A stretch of 41,180 bases of DNA from a virus (IMGVR_UViG_3300002835_000066:64001-105180), one strand, 5' to 3'. Counted from the stretch's first letter, positions 1 through 9,179 are shown. The notes: generated by a model from the sequence alone, not told the origin. Numbers and translations are program-made.

Positions 1-964
1 TCAATACATTAGAAGAATTATTGAATGAGAAGGCGTTACTTGCACCTAAGTTACCAGCATTATTAAAGACTACTTCGGTATTTGAACCAGGAGCAACAAT
101 GTTACCTGAAATGTTACCCTGTACGTTACCGATGAAGTTAGGTGCAGTGATGTTACCAGTAGCAACAATAGTACCAGTATCAGCAATCACTACATTAGAA
201 GAAGCATTTCCTACAGTAAGACCTGTTAGATTGCCAACAGAAGTAATGTTTGGTTGAGCAGCAGTTGTTACAGTACCTGCTGTTGTAGCTGATCCTGCTG
301 TAGCAACACTTAAGTTTGCTACTTGTGTAGTTGAAGTCACTACGAATGGAGCAGTTCCATTTGCTACATTTGAAATTAGCTGAGGAGCAGTTACGTTCGC
401 ACTTGCAAGAACTTGTGCAGTTCCCAAATTACCTACGTTTGCGTTACCGTTTACGGTAAATACGTTTGTAGCATCATTGAAAGTAAAGTTTGCGCTTGCG
501 GCAAAGTTATTACCCATGTTGTACTGAATTTGTGTGTTAGATCCAGCTGCTTGTTGCAAGTCAAACGGTGCGCCGTTTGCGTGATAAATGTTGTCAGTTA
601 GAATTCCACCAACTGAGAGGTTACCAACAAGATTTGCGCCTGCTGTTGTAATAGTAAGTATTGTAGTTCCTGCAACCGCTGCAATAACGTTTCCGTTTGC
701 GACAGGGATAGCAACGTTAGAAGTACCGTTAAAGATAGATCCTGATGTTGCTGTTGTGACGAACGTTAGGTTACCTGCGCCGTCAGTGCTAAGTACTTGT
801 CCGGCAGTACCGCCTGAGATTTTGACATTGCCGATTGCGTTAAGATTGGCAATGCCTGTTGTTGTAATGTTAGTTGTAGTAATATCGCCATTGGCTAATA
901 TCACGTTACTTGGGGTTTCTCCTACTGAAAAACCACCAATTGAATTAAAGGGTTTAAGAGCCAT
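1..964 (-). CDS. Asn/Gly/Thr-rich virion fibre/structural protein, 3' end outside window
   Basis: Not in the ORF track (no stop in window). Manual translation from ATG at 964: MALKPFNSIGGFSVGETPSNVILANGDIT..., open to base 1. SD AAGGA upstream. GSNTQIQYN/GSNTEVVFN and GQVLSTDGAGNLTF fibre-type repeats. Confidence 0.85.
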   Translation of the reverse strand, partial: MALKPFNSIGGFSVGETPSNVILANGDITTTNITTTGIANLNAIGNVKISGGTAGQVLSTDGAGNLTFVTTATSGSIFNGTSNVAIPVANGNVIAAVAGTTILTITTAGANLVGNLSVGGILTDNIYHANGAPFDLQQAAGSNTQIQYNMGNNFAASANFTFNDATNVFTVNGNANVGNLGTAQVLASANVTAPQLISNVANGTAPFVVTSTTQVANLSVATAGSATTAGTVTTAAQPNITSVGNLTGLTVGNASSNVVIADTGTIVATGNITAPNFIGNVQGNISGNIVAPGSNTEVVFNNAGNLGASNAFSFNNSSNVL

Positions 965-998
965 TGTTAATATTCCTTTTGCTAACTTGTGCTGTTAT

Positions 999-1006
999 TA
1001 TTTATC
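999..1006 (-). promoter_or_regulatory. T4-like late promoter GATAAATA
   Basis: Intergenic, 35 nt upstream of ATG 964; matches the recurring motif and resembles T4 TATAAATA. Confidence 0.7.
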
Positions 1007-1020
1007 GCTTATCTTGTTTT

Positions 1021-1647
1021 TTACTCATTGTAAGCAACAATTTGCATCTTATGATCCATAAAATTTGCAAATGCTGGCGTACTGTTTATTTGTATTTCAT
1101 TGTCTGTAGAATTGTAATTTACTGAGAACTCACATAGGTAATTGTTTACTGCTAAGGTGCTAGTATCGTTGTACGATATCGCACCGTCGTAAATCACAAT
1201 AGATAATTTAGTGATTTGACGACTATCATCAGTAGCATCAGTAGATATAATTACCAAATCTACTCCTGCTAATCCTTCTGCATCTAACGCTAGTATTTCT
1301 TGCGTAGCTGTAGAAATTGTTGTAGCAAAGAACATGCTTGTTCTGCTAAATTGATAAATGCCTGACCCAATTGTAAGGCTGTTTGCTGTTAGATCAGCAT
1401 TAATGATTGCGTTGCCAGTAACACCTAAATTTGTGATTGTAGCTGTGGATGTGTTACTAGATACTGTTATTACATTACTAAAAACTCTTTGGTTGTTAGT
1501 AGATATAGTTAAGATTGACCCATTAGCTCCTGTACCAAGATTTGGTTCAGCTTGGCTAAGTCCTAAAAATTCGTGGCGGGAATTATTTAGGTCACTGTAC
1601 GGAGTAACTACTACTCTGCCACTTAAAAGTTTAGACCCGTTAGCCAT
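1021..1647 (-). CDS. putative virion structural protein (208 aa)
   Basis: Long ORF tightly packed with neighbours; beta-rich, Thr/Asn/Ser-rich composition; lies in the fibre cluster. Confidence 0.7.
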   Translation of the reverse strand: MANGSKLLSGRVVVTPYSDLNNSRHEFLGLSQAEPNLGTGANGSILTISTNNQRVFSNVITVSSNTSTATITNLGVTGNAIINADLTANSLTIGSGIYQFSRTSMFFATTISTATQEILALDAEGLAGVDLVIISTDATDDSRQITKLSIVIYDGAISYNDTSTLAVNNYLCEFSVNYNSTDNEIQINSTPAFANFMDHKMQIVAYNE

Positions 1648-1651
1648 ACTA

Positions 1652-1990
1652 TTAGTTACCGATTACTAGAGTTTCTAGATAGCTTAGTACTAATTGTGCG
1701 CTAGTATCATCGCTGCTAGTAAATTGCAGTATGTCACCGTATTGTAAAATTAGTCTTCCAGTCAATACGCTGATAGCATCGTCTTCTGGAACACTAGCGT
1801 TGTTGATTAACGAAGTAGAAGCAGAACCACGGTATATACCGGATGATATTTGTATTGTATTAGCACCGGTGTTACTTACTTGAGCCATCAACACCACAGT
1901 AGCATATCCAAGAGGGGGAGTATACACGTTAGCTGTGGTTGTAGTTAAATCAACCAATGTTGTTCTAAAATTGTTTAATGCTGCTGCCAT
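1652..1990 (-). CDS. small beta-rich virion structural protein (112 aa)
   Basis: ORF with gaaaagagaaaattc leader; 4-nt gap to the next gene; alternating beta-strand pattern. Confidence 0.7.
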   Translation of the reverse strand: MAAALNNFRTTLVDLTTTTANVYTPPLGYATVVLMAQVSNTGANTIQISSGIYRGSASTSLINNASVPEDDAISVLTGRLILQYGDILQFTSSDDTSAQLVLSYLETLVIGN

Positions 1991-2006
1991 GAATTTTCTC
2001 TTTTCA

Positions 2007-3722
2007 TTAATTTGATCCTAAGGCTAATATATAAGGGGTCATCTGAGCAAACAAACTTTGGTAGAAGTAGTCACCGGTAATAACCCCAGTAGCTTGGTTA
2101 ATAGTAAAACCTGTACCAACCTTAAAGTTACCTTTTTGGTCTGTACTTGTAAATGTTATTATGCCGCCGTCAGTCGTGATAACTTCGTTAGCTTCAATAG
2201 GTATACCACCATATTGCGGTAGTGCAGTTGCTGGATCAGTACCGGCACCTACATATTCAAATGTATGTGCGCTTGCGATAATTGAACTACGAGTGTAGAA
2301 CGAAACGTTGCTACCGACTACGGATGTTTCTGTGTTAAAAACTTGCTGTATGACTACGGTTGTCTGACCAATACTTGGTTGGTTGGGTATAATCGTGTCG
2401 ATTGTATAATACTCTGGATCTCCATCTATTAACATAATAGTATTAACATTAGGACGACCGTTTGATAAGTTGTTGAGTACGAATACACCTTGATTTTCAG
2501 AAACTATTGTACCGGTAGTCTGCAATGGTCCATAGCCGGTTGCGACTAAACCAAAGTTACCGATAGAGCAGTCACTGCCATTCAATGTACAGAATCCACC
2601 TGTTTCCACCTCAATACCAATGTCACACGCAATTGTGTAGATATTTACTAACTGACTGTAGCCTGAGTTTACGATATGAATACCTTTACCACCACGATTG
2701 ATGATAGTAAAGAAGCCAACAATCATTGCCTTAGTACTGATACTGCTAACATTATTACCGTCGATGTAGACAGCAGTACCAGTAGTAGTAGACGATGTTA
2801 GATTTTGAATATATGGGCTTACAAATACATTCTGTGAAGGTGTAGCAGGATCATAACTGAATCCGTTTGCTGTATAATCTCTAATAGTAATACCCCAAAC
2901 ATAAGAGCCATTGCGTACATAGAATAAGTCAGCAGATGGTGTCTGTGGAACTACAAAGACGCTTCTAAGATTGTCACCCATCAATGCTACGTTTGCAGGG
3001 ATAGTGACAGGATTTGCTTCGGTGTATGTTCCCGGGGCTACGTGAACTGAGAAGCCACCGGCGCTAGCAGCAGCCAATGCAGCCTTAATTGTTAAGTAGG
3101 GTTTATTAATGTCGCCGTTGTTAGCATCGTTTCCGTTTTTTGCTACATACAGTATCTTATCACTAGTTTTAAAAGTCGTTGGGGTAGCGTTACCGTAGTA
3201 TGCGTCTGCTGTTACGTTTCCTATGTTGGCGCTTAATACCGATAATGTACCGAGAGCTTTGTTAAAGGTGAATCCGTTGTTACCTGCAAACACACCTTCA
3301 TCATTAAACTGTACCTGAGTATTAGAACCGCCGGGGGGTGTAAGATTGCCGGCGCCAGTAGCAGCCCAAGTTAATACACCGTTACCATTTGTTTGTAGGA
3401 AATAGCCGTTTTGGCCGCCTCCAATTGAAAGTGACGAAGCGTTGCCCAACGAAAGGATGTTGCCATTCCAAGTTGCGTTAGGAATTCCATCAATTGCGCC
3501 ACCGTTATTAAATTGTAGCTGAGTATTATTACCACCGGCAGCGGCGGTAGCTACGAATGGTTGACCGTTAGCCCATTTGTAATAGCTTGCATAAAATACA
3601 TTAGCAGCTACATTTCCAGTGGTTAACACATTGGTAATTACATTACCATTGGCATCTACTACAGGAACTTCTGGTAGACCTGCTGAAAACCCGCCTATTG
3701 AATTAAAATATTCTGCTGACAT
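2007..3722 (-). CDS. tailspike/fibre-like protein with pectin-lyase-type beta-helix
   Basis: ILYVAKNGNDANNGDINKPYLTIKAALAAA followed by VHVAPGTYTE is the typical beta-helix cap motif; N-terminal GGSNTQVQFN repeats. ATG at 3722 (track start 3725 is GTG). Confidence 0.7.
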   Translation of the reverse strand: MSAEYFNSIGGFSAGLPEVPVVDANGNVITNVLTTGNVAANVFYASYYKWANGQPFVATAAAGGNNTQLQFNNGGAIDGIPNATWNGNILSLGNASSLSIGGGQNGYFLQTNGNGVLTWAATGAGNLTPPGGSNTQVQFNDEGVFAGNNGFTFNKALGTLSVLSANIGNVTADAYYGNATPTTFKTSDKILYVAKNGNDANNGDINKPYLTIKAALAAASAGGFSVHVAPGTYTEANPVTIPANVALMGDNLRSVFVVPQTPSADLFYVRNGSYVWGITIRDYTANGFSYDPATPSQNVFVSPYIQNLTSSTTTGTAVYIDGNNVSSISTKAMIVGFFTIINRGGKGIHIVNSGYSQLVNIYTIACDIGIEVETGGFCTLNGSDCSIGNFGLVATGYGPLQTTGTIVSENQGVFVLNNLSNGRPNVNTIMLIDGDPEYYTIDTIIPNQPSIGQTTVVIQQVFNTETSVVGSNVSFYTRSSIIASAHTFEYVGAGTDPATALPQYGGIPIEANEVITTDGGIITFTSTDQKGNFKVGTGFTINQATGVITGDYFYQSLFAQMTPYILALGSN

Positions 3723-3747
3723 CACATTCGCCTATACTTTTATTAAG

Positions 3748-3755
3748 TATTTATC
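3748..3755 (-). promoter_or_regulatory. late promoter GATAAATA
   Basis: Intergenic, 25 nt upstream of ATG 3722. Confidence 0.7.
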
Positions 3756-3808
3756 AATATTTTATGTTTTGGGCATCGGAATAAAGTTCACAGGTGTGCT
3801 TTTTTTTG

Positions 3809-3815
3809 CTAAATA
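3809..3815 (+). promoter_or_regulatory. late promoter CTAAATA (leaderless configuration)
   Basis: CTAAATA-CATA-ATG(3820), preceded by a T8 tract; no SD. Confidence 0.6.
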
Positions 3816-3819
3816 CATA

Positions 3820-4188
3820 ATGATTACAGTGCAACCAACTAGACCCATCTGCTCGCATTGTAAATTTGCGCTCGCTCGACCTAACGGGAAGAGCAAGCAC
3901 GGCTTCCAAAAGTGGCATAAGTATTGTGTTGACTGTGCTAAAGCCATGTATAATGGTAGATTCAAACATCTACAGCATAAGAAAGGCTCATGTGAGCAAT
4001 GCAGTTTTGTACCGGAAGATAAATGTCAGATGGATTTGGTTTTTAAAGATGGCAATAAGAAAAATAAAAAGATGAACAATCTATTGACACTGTGCGCTAA
4101 TTGTGCTAGACTACATAATAAGAAAGTTCGTACTGGCAACAAGTCTATTCTAAATGCTACCGTCGACGGCGATACTAGGATTTCATGA
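3820..4188 (+). CDS. zinc-finger protein with degenerate HNH motif (122 aa)
   Basis: Four CxxC pairs; DLVFKDGNKKNKKMNNLLTLCANCARLH aligns by eye to the HNH pattern DxDHxDGNxxNNxxxNLxxLCxNCH. Start reassigned from 3619 to ATG 3820. Confidence 0.7.
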   Translation: MITVQPTRPICSHCKFALARPNGKSKHGFQKWHKYCVDCAKAMYNGRFKHLQHKKGSCEQCSFVPEDKCQMDLVFKDGNKKNKKMNNLLTLCANCARLHNKKVRTGNKSILNATVDGDTRIS

Positions 4189-5699
4189 TGAGAGGGATTA
4201 TAGTAGGTGATAACTTTTACGACGAACCAAGGGTAGCTATCATCAGAACAAATGGTGCGCACCGAGTAGCTGGACTAATGCGAAACCAGGGACTAGAAGT
4301 TGAAGTTTTAGATTTTTTCAATTCATGGGAAATGCCAGAGCTTGAACAAGTGTTAAATGCCTATTGTCCAGACTTTATTGGATTAAGTTTTGGACTAGGT
4401 CAGCTTAATGATGTGCGGGTAAATAGTTTCATCTCGTTAGCAAAAGCAATAAATCCCAAAATTAAAGTCATTGCAGGTGGCGCTCAAGTACTACACAATA
4501 ATATTAAAAACATTGATTTACATTTTAAAGGGTTTGCTGACGGAGCAATTGACGATATTGTAGCATATCTAAAGACCGATATCTACCCCAATGAGTCATT
4601 AGTGAAAAATATTGATTTGGGATTACCTAAAAAAGTAGTAGACTGTACTCATTACTATTCAAGATTTGATTTGTCTAACCTAAGAACTAACTATACTGCA
4701 AACGATTTTCTATCTCCCCATGAGAATTTGACGTTAGAAACTAGCAGAGGATGCATTTTTAGATGTAAATTCTGCAACTTCCCGTTGATTGGTAAAAATA
4801 AAAATGACTATATCAGAACCAAAGAAGATTTAAAGCAAGAAATTATTTACAACTATGAAACATACGGTATATCACAATACAGTATTACTGACGACACCTT
4901 CAACGACAATGAGATTAAGATAAACAATCTGTATGAGATTTCTCAAGAGATTGACTTTGAGTTAAAGTTCATGTGTTATGCTAGAATAGACTTGTTACAT
5001 GCTAGACCCGGTTCATTGGATAAGATGATGAAGTTTGGGGTTAAGGGAATGTTTCTTGGAATTGAATCGTTGAATCTTGAAACTAGCAAAATAATAGGAA
5101 AAGGATTTGCAGGAGAAAAGTTGATAAACTATCTTAGAGAAGTCAAACAGCAATACCCAAAGCTGCATTTTATCGGATCATATATTATAGGGTTACCTAA
5201 AGAAACACTTGAACAAGCTAGGTATAATATCAATTTTGCAATTGACGAAGGATTAATTGATAATTCTCCGTTGTATGCGTTGCATATTACTAAGGATACA
5301 GGAGGCATAGACACTTCTATTTTCTCTAAAGAATGGGATCAGTATGGTTATGAAGAAATGAGTTTAGATGAAATAAATGATTTACTAACTCAACCCAAAT
5401 ATAGTGCGTTAAAAAATGTAGATTATGAGACTTTTAGTAAGCACAACGTTATTTGGAAGAATGAGCATATGAATTATCTTGATGCACAACTAGGTGCATT
5501 GCAAATACGAGCAGACATAGAACCAAAAACTGGTATGGGCGGATGGAATTGCTTTGCTGCTGCATATACGAAAATTCCAGTTGAGAAACTATTACAGTTA
5601 AACAGAACTGAGTGGGATTGGGAATATGTTAAGAAATCTGCTGTAGATTTTGTAGAAGATTATAAGCATAAGAAAATATCAGTTTTGTGCAATACGTGA
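4185..5699 (+). CDS. B12-binding-domain (class B-like) radical SAM protein
   Basis: LETSRGCIFRCKFCNF (CxxxCxxC); N-terminal Rossmann-like region (IKVIAGGAQV); YSITDDTFN and MFLGIESLN motifs; ATGA overlap with the upstream gene. Confidence 0.9.
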   Translation: MMRGIIVGDNFYDEPRVAIIRTNGAHRVAGLMRNQGLEVEVLDFFNSWEMPELEQVLNAYCPDFIGLSFGLGQLNDVRVNSFISLAKAINPKIKVIAGGAQVLHNNIKNIDLHFKGFADGAIDDIVAYLKTDIYPNESLVKNIDLGLPKKVVDCTHYYSRFDLSNLRTNYTANDFLSPHENLTLETSRGCIFRCKFCNFPLIGKNKNDYIRTKEDLKQEIIYNYETYGISQYSITDDTFNDNEIKINNLYEISQEIDFELKFMCYARIDLLHARPGSLDKMMKFGVKGMFLGIESLNLETSKIIGKGFAGEKLINYLREVKQQYPKLHFIGSYIIGLPKETLEQARYNINFAIDEGLIDNSPLYALHITKDTGGIDTSIFSKEWDQYGYEEMSLDEINDLLTQPKYSALKNVDYETFSKHNVIWKNEHMNYLDAQLGALQIRADIEPKTGMGGWNCFAAAYTKIPVEKLLQLNRTEWDWEYVKKSAVDFVEDYKHKKISVLCNT

Positions 5700-5700
5700 C

Positions 5701-6105
5701 TTATTGAACTGGGCCAACCATCTTGATATTTTGTTTATCAAATACATAATAGTTCTCAACACCACCTTCGAAGATACGCACTGAATCATATCCCATGCCT
5801 TCAATTGAACTTAGATACTGCTCAATGATTTCCCAAGTGTCACTTGACCTATCCATGTAATCACTCATTGTTTCAATATCTGTTTCTGTATACGGATCGT
5901 AGATAGGAAGTAGTGGCTCAATTTCATTCTCATCAAGTGAATCAAACATCATGCCTAAATTTAGTTTATATTGATACACTGTTCCGTAATCTTGAGAGAA
6001 ATTAACATTAGAAGAAAAGTACATGCCATCATGTGGTTCAGGATTGTCGCCGCCGTGATAGGCAGTAACCATTGACGCAGTTTCAATTAGAGTGCGAAAG
6101 TCCAT
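5701..6105 (-). CDS. ADP-ribosyltransferase-fold-like small protein (134 aa)
   Basis: TAYHGG...GMYFSS...GYDSVRIFEGGVENYYVFD matches the H-G / aromatic-F-S / E strand order of ART-like domains. Start at ATG 6105 (MDFRTLIE), right after a promoter. Confidence 0.55.
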   Translation of the reverse strand: MDFRTLIETASMVTAYHGGDNPEPHDGMYFSSNVNFSQDYGTVYQYKLNLGMMFDSLDENEIEPLLPIYDPYTETDIETMSDYMDRSSDTWEIIEQYLSSIEGMGYDSVRIFEGGVENYYVFDKQNIKMVGPVQ

Positions 6106-6109
6106 ATTG

Positions 6110-6116
6110 TATTTAG
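6110..6116 (-). promoter_or_regulatory. late promoter CTAAATA (leaderless configuration)
   Basis: CTAAATA-CAAT-ATG(6105), immediately after the capsid terminator U-tract. Confidence 0.6.
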
Positions 6117-6118
6117 AC

Positions 6119-6145
6119 AAAAAGGAAGGGCTCGAAAGCCCTTCC
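6119..6145 (-). terminator. intrinsic terminator after the major capsid gene
   Basis: Minus strand GGAAGGGC-U-UUCG-A-GCCCUUCC followed by UUUUU. Confidence 0.9.
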
Positions 6146-6174
6146 CCGTATATCGTTCTGTGAACGTAACTTTC

Positions 6175-7371
6175 TTATTGGAAAGTCAAGTTCTGAACAG
6201 CAATCTCACCAACGTAGTCAGCAGCGTTACCGAATGATGACGCAGTGTTAGTTAGTTCGATGTAACCATAACGTGTCATGAATGATACGACTGGTTCGAA
6301 TGTTGATGGATCAAGAACAACGCCTGAAGACATCAACGGAATGTATGGGCAGTAGAATGCTGCTGCATCAGTTTCCGATGAACCCTTGTATCCAACAAGT
6401 ACTGGCTGAGTGTCTGGTGCATATGAGTTAACAAATACACGCATTGCACCGTTAAGAGTACCAACGAACTTAGTGTTAGTTGGAGCTTCGAAAGTGCCTT
6501 CAGTTGTACGAGCGAATGCTGAAGTTGTAGCTGACTGTAGAACAGTAAGTGAAGCTGGTGAAACAACAGCCCAGTTACCTGCACCACGACGAGTACGCTG
6601 TGCAATCAAGTTTGCAACGCGGTTGATAAGAACAGCTAGAGCAGCGTGTTCGTCACCAACGTAAGTAGCAGTACCTGAAACAGTTGCCTGGTTGAATGTG
6701 TATTCAGTTGAAGCAAGAGTTGCAAGTGAAAGCAAGATTTCCTGATCGATTTCAGCAGTAATTTCTTGTGCAAGAGCAGCCATAATTTCTGCTTCTACGT
6801 CGATACCATGCTGTGACTGAGCGTCCTGAGCAGCTTCGAAAGTCCAGCGAGCTTGTAGCTTACGTGACTTGGCTTCAACAGCCTGACGAAGAATCTGAAC
6901 AGAAATCTGCTTACCACCGTTACCTTCAAGTGATGCAGTGTCAGCACCGGTGTATGCGTCGGTAGTATCAGTTCCCAACGGTACACGAGAATATGCTTGT
7001 GCAATCTTGAATGGTGAAAGTGCTTCTTCACCAGCAGTTACAGATGTCTGTGCTGCTGAGTTGTCGGTTAAGCTGTTTGCGTAGCGAACACGTAGAGTGT
7101 GAATCTGACCAACTGGGCCGGTCATTGGCTGCACACCAACTAGTTCGTTTGCAATAACAGTAGGCATAACACGACGAATTACTGGAAGAATAACGCGGTT
7201 AAGTGTTGCGATATTACCAGCTGTTGTGGTACCGGCTGTAGATTCAGCAAGTAGTTGCTTCTTGGTATTTTCTAGCAATACGCCCATTGTTGAGCGACGA
7301 TTGCCTTTTAAGCCTTCAAGCAGGGCGTCCTTGGTGTCTCCCCAACGGCTTTCTAAAAGTACATTTGACAT
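6175..7371 (-). CDS. gp23: major capsid protein, T4 gp23-like
   Basis: LPVIRRVMPTVIANELVGVQPMTGPVGQIHTLRVRY, AKSRKLQARWTFEAAQD, AAFYCPYIPL and MTRYG motifs; strong SD (AGGAG); biased codon use. Confidence 0.97.
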   Translation of the reverse strand: MSNVLLESRWGDTKDALLEGLKGNRRSTMGVLLENTKKQLLAESTAGTTTAGNIATLNRVILPVIRRVMPTVIANELVGVQPMTGPVGQIHTLRVRYANSLTDNSAAQTSVTAGEEALSPFKIAQAYSRVPLGTDTTDAYTGADTASLEGNGGKQISVQILRQAVEAKSRKLQARWTFEAAQDAQSQHGIDVEAEIMAALAQEITAEIDQEILLSLATLASTEYTFNQATVSGTATYVGDEHAALAVLINRVANLIAQRTRRGAGNWAVVSPASLTVLQSATTSAFARTTEGTFEAPTNTKFVGTLNGAMRVFVNSYAPDTQPVLVGYKGSSETDAAAFYCPYIPLMSSGVVLDPSTFEPVVSFMTRYGYIELTNTASSFGNAADYVGEIAVQNLTFQ

Positions 7372-7402
7372 TTGAATTTTCTCCTAATTATGTCGTTTTT
7401 AA

Positions 7403-8515
7403 TTAAAGCCCGGCCAAACGCTTAATGTCAATTACATTGTCAGTTTCGGCAAATTCATCAACTTCAATTGTTTTCTTGGCAGTTTTATTACCAGTTGCTT
7501 CTACAATAACAGCTTTAGTATTAGTCTTCTTTTCAGTAATTGCTTCTACTGAACCTGTATTGAGAACGGCTGGTAAATACTTATCGAAAGCGTTTTGTAG
7601 ACGCGGTGTCTGTACGCTTTCTAGTAAAGTCTTCATTACTTGTTTCTTCTCCTCATTAAGCGGGGATAGAAGTTCATTCATAACCTTTGCTCTTTGAGTT
7701 GATTCTTTAATAATTCTAACTTCACGATCCTTTGATTCTACAAGCTTTGCTGCATTTTGTAGCTGGGCTGTAGTTTCTGCTAGCTGTCGGTCTTTTGATT
7801 CTAGCATTTGCATAACCTTGCGAGTTTCAGCCTTATCGTTTAGATAAGTTACTGAGAATTCGCTAGCAAAAGCTTCGAACAACTTACGTCCAAATGTATT
7901 TTCTCTAGCAGACTGGATATCTTCTTTTAGCTGTGATAGTTCACTCTTAAGGTGAGTTCCAACTAGACCGCTAACCTTCTTGGCGCTTTCAGCAATAAAT
8001 CTTGCCTTAAGTGCTTCCAATTGCTTGCGACCTTCAGCAACGAGTTTAACTTTCGCTTCAACAACAGCTTGTCTATCTTGTGAGAATTCTTTAATTTCTC
8101 TAGATAGAGCGTGGATGATGAACTTTTCAAGTTTTGCTTGACCTTCCATCTGAACTTTGCGATCAGCACGTAGTTCGCGGATTTCTTCGGCTAGTTTAGT
8201 AACCATGAAGTCGTTGAATTTAGTTGCATTTTCACGAAGCTTTAGCTGTGATTTTACTCTGTCTTCATTCATTGCTTTTCTTTCAGATTGAAATTCTGCA
8301 ATTTCACCTGAAAGATTGTCGGTAACCATCTTGTCAAGAGCTTCAACCATAACAGTACGATCATGTTCGTAACGTTGTGCAAATTCCTCACGGAGTTCTA
8401 CACGAACTTGTTCACGAGCTTCATTCAATTTAAGTTCCCAGGCTTCATTTAACTGCTGCCCGATATCTTCGTTGATGAGTCCGCTTTCAAGTAATGGCTT
8501 AATAGCATCTAACAT
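7403..8515 (-). CDS. gp22: prohead core scaffolding protein, gp22-like
   Basis: Glu/Lys/Ala-rich coiled coil between protease and capsid genes; C-terminal IKRLAGL. Confidence 0.85.
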   Translation of the reverse strand: MLDAIKPLLESGLINEDIGQQLNEAWELKLNEAREQVRVELREEFAQRYEHDRTVMVEALDKMVTDNLSGEIAEFQSERKAMNEDRVKSQLKLRENATKFNDFMVTKLAEEIRELRADRKVQMEGQAKLEKFIIHALSREIKEFSQDRQAVVEAKVKLVAEGRKQLEALKARFIAESAKKVSGLVGTHLKSELSQLKEDIQSARENTFGRKLFEAFASEFSVTYLNDKAETRKVMQMLESKDRQLAETTAQLQNAAKLVESKDREVRIIKESTQRAKVMNELLSPLNEEKKQVMKTLLESVQTPRLQNAFDKYLPAVLNTGSVEAITEKKTNTKAVIVEATGNKTAKKTIEVDEFAETDNVIDIKRLAGL

Positions 8516-8529
8516 TTATTTGATTCCTT

Positions 8530-9165
8530 TTATATTTTAAGTTCATTGATGAGACGCTTTACTTCCTCACCAAGGAATCGTTGTATTTTTTTGTCACCCT
8601 GAGCTTCCTTAGCAATCTCTAACATTTTATGTCCGTGTTTCATGTTCATGAGACTTTCATAAATTGCTTTGGGATATGCGTTTGGTGCGCTAGGTTGGGC
8701 AACGATATCAACAGTGATGATTTCAAAATCACTGACTTTACCATCCATGTCGTTTACATTACCTGATCCACGACTAGATACACCTAGCTTTACTCCTGAC
8801 TCCAACATTGTTCTTACGAGTTGACCCATTGGAGTAGGAAGAATTTTTAGCTTGCCAAAACCATTGGCACCGTCCATCCACATGCTTGTAATCATGTGAG
8901 ATACACGGTCTAAATTGATTTTAAGATCATCTGGATGGTCAACTTCACCCAATACTGAATAACCTTCTGAGATTTGTCTGTTTAGAGTATCCACGGCAGT
9001 TTCAATTTCATTGACGGGGTAAACACGCTCGTTTGCGTTCTTTACCCCGCCCTGAATGAAAATCCCCTTCATGTAGAGGGTCTTAAAATCAGCGCCCTCT
9101 TCATGAATTGACTCGACCACCATTCCTGCGCGGTCGAACGTTAGATTTTCTCTGAGATAAGCCAT
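8530..9165 (-). CDS. gp21: prohead protease, gp21-like
   Basis: GIFIQGGVKNANERVYP, GEVDHP (catalytic His), LGVSSRGSG (catalytic Ser), DIVAQPSAPNA. Confidence 0.95.
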   Translation of the reverse strand: MAYLRENLTFDRAGMVVESIHEEGADFKTLYMKGIFIQGGVKNANERVYPVNEIETAVDTLNRQISEGYSVLGEVDHPDDLKINLDRVSHMITSMWMDGANGFGKLKILPTPMGQLVRTMLESGVKLGVSSRGSGNVNDMDGKVSDFEIITVDIVAQPSAPNAYPKAIYESLMNMKHGHKMLEIAKEAQGDKKIQRFLGEEVKRLINELKI

Positions 9166-9179
9166 TCTCTCAGTTTTCC

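Noticed and set aside
1-964. Apparent excess of N-x-S/T glycosylation sequons in the fibre protein
   Set aside because: About 15 sequons from about 48 Asn with roughly 22% Ser+Thr gives an expectation near 10; not convincing by hand count.
3619-3819. Longer start for the zinc-finger gene (track 3619)
   Set aside because: It overlaps the divergent gene and its promoter; the promoter motif sits directly before ATG 3820.
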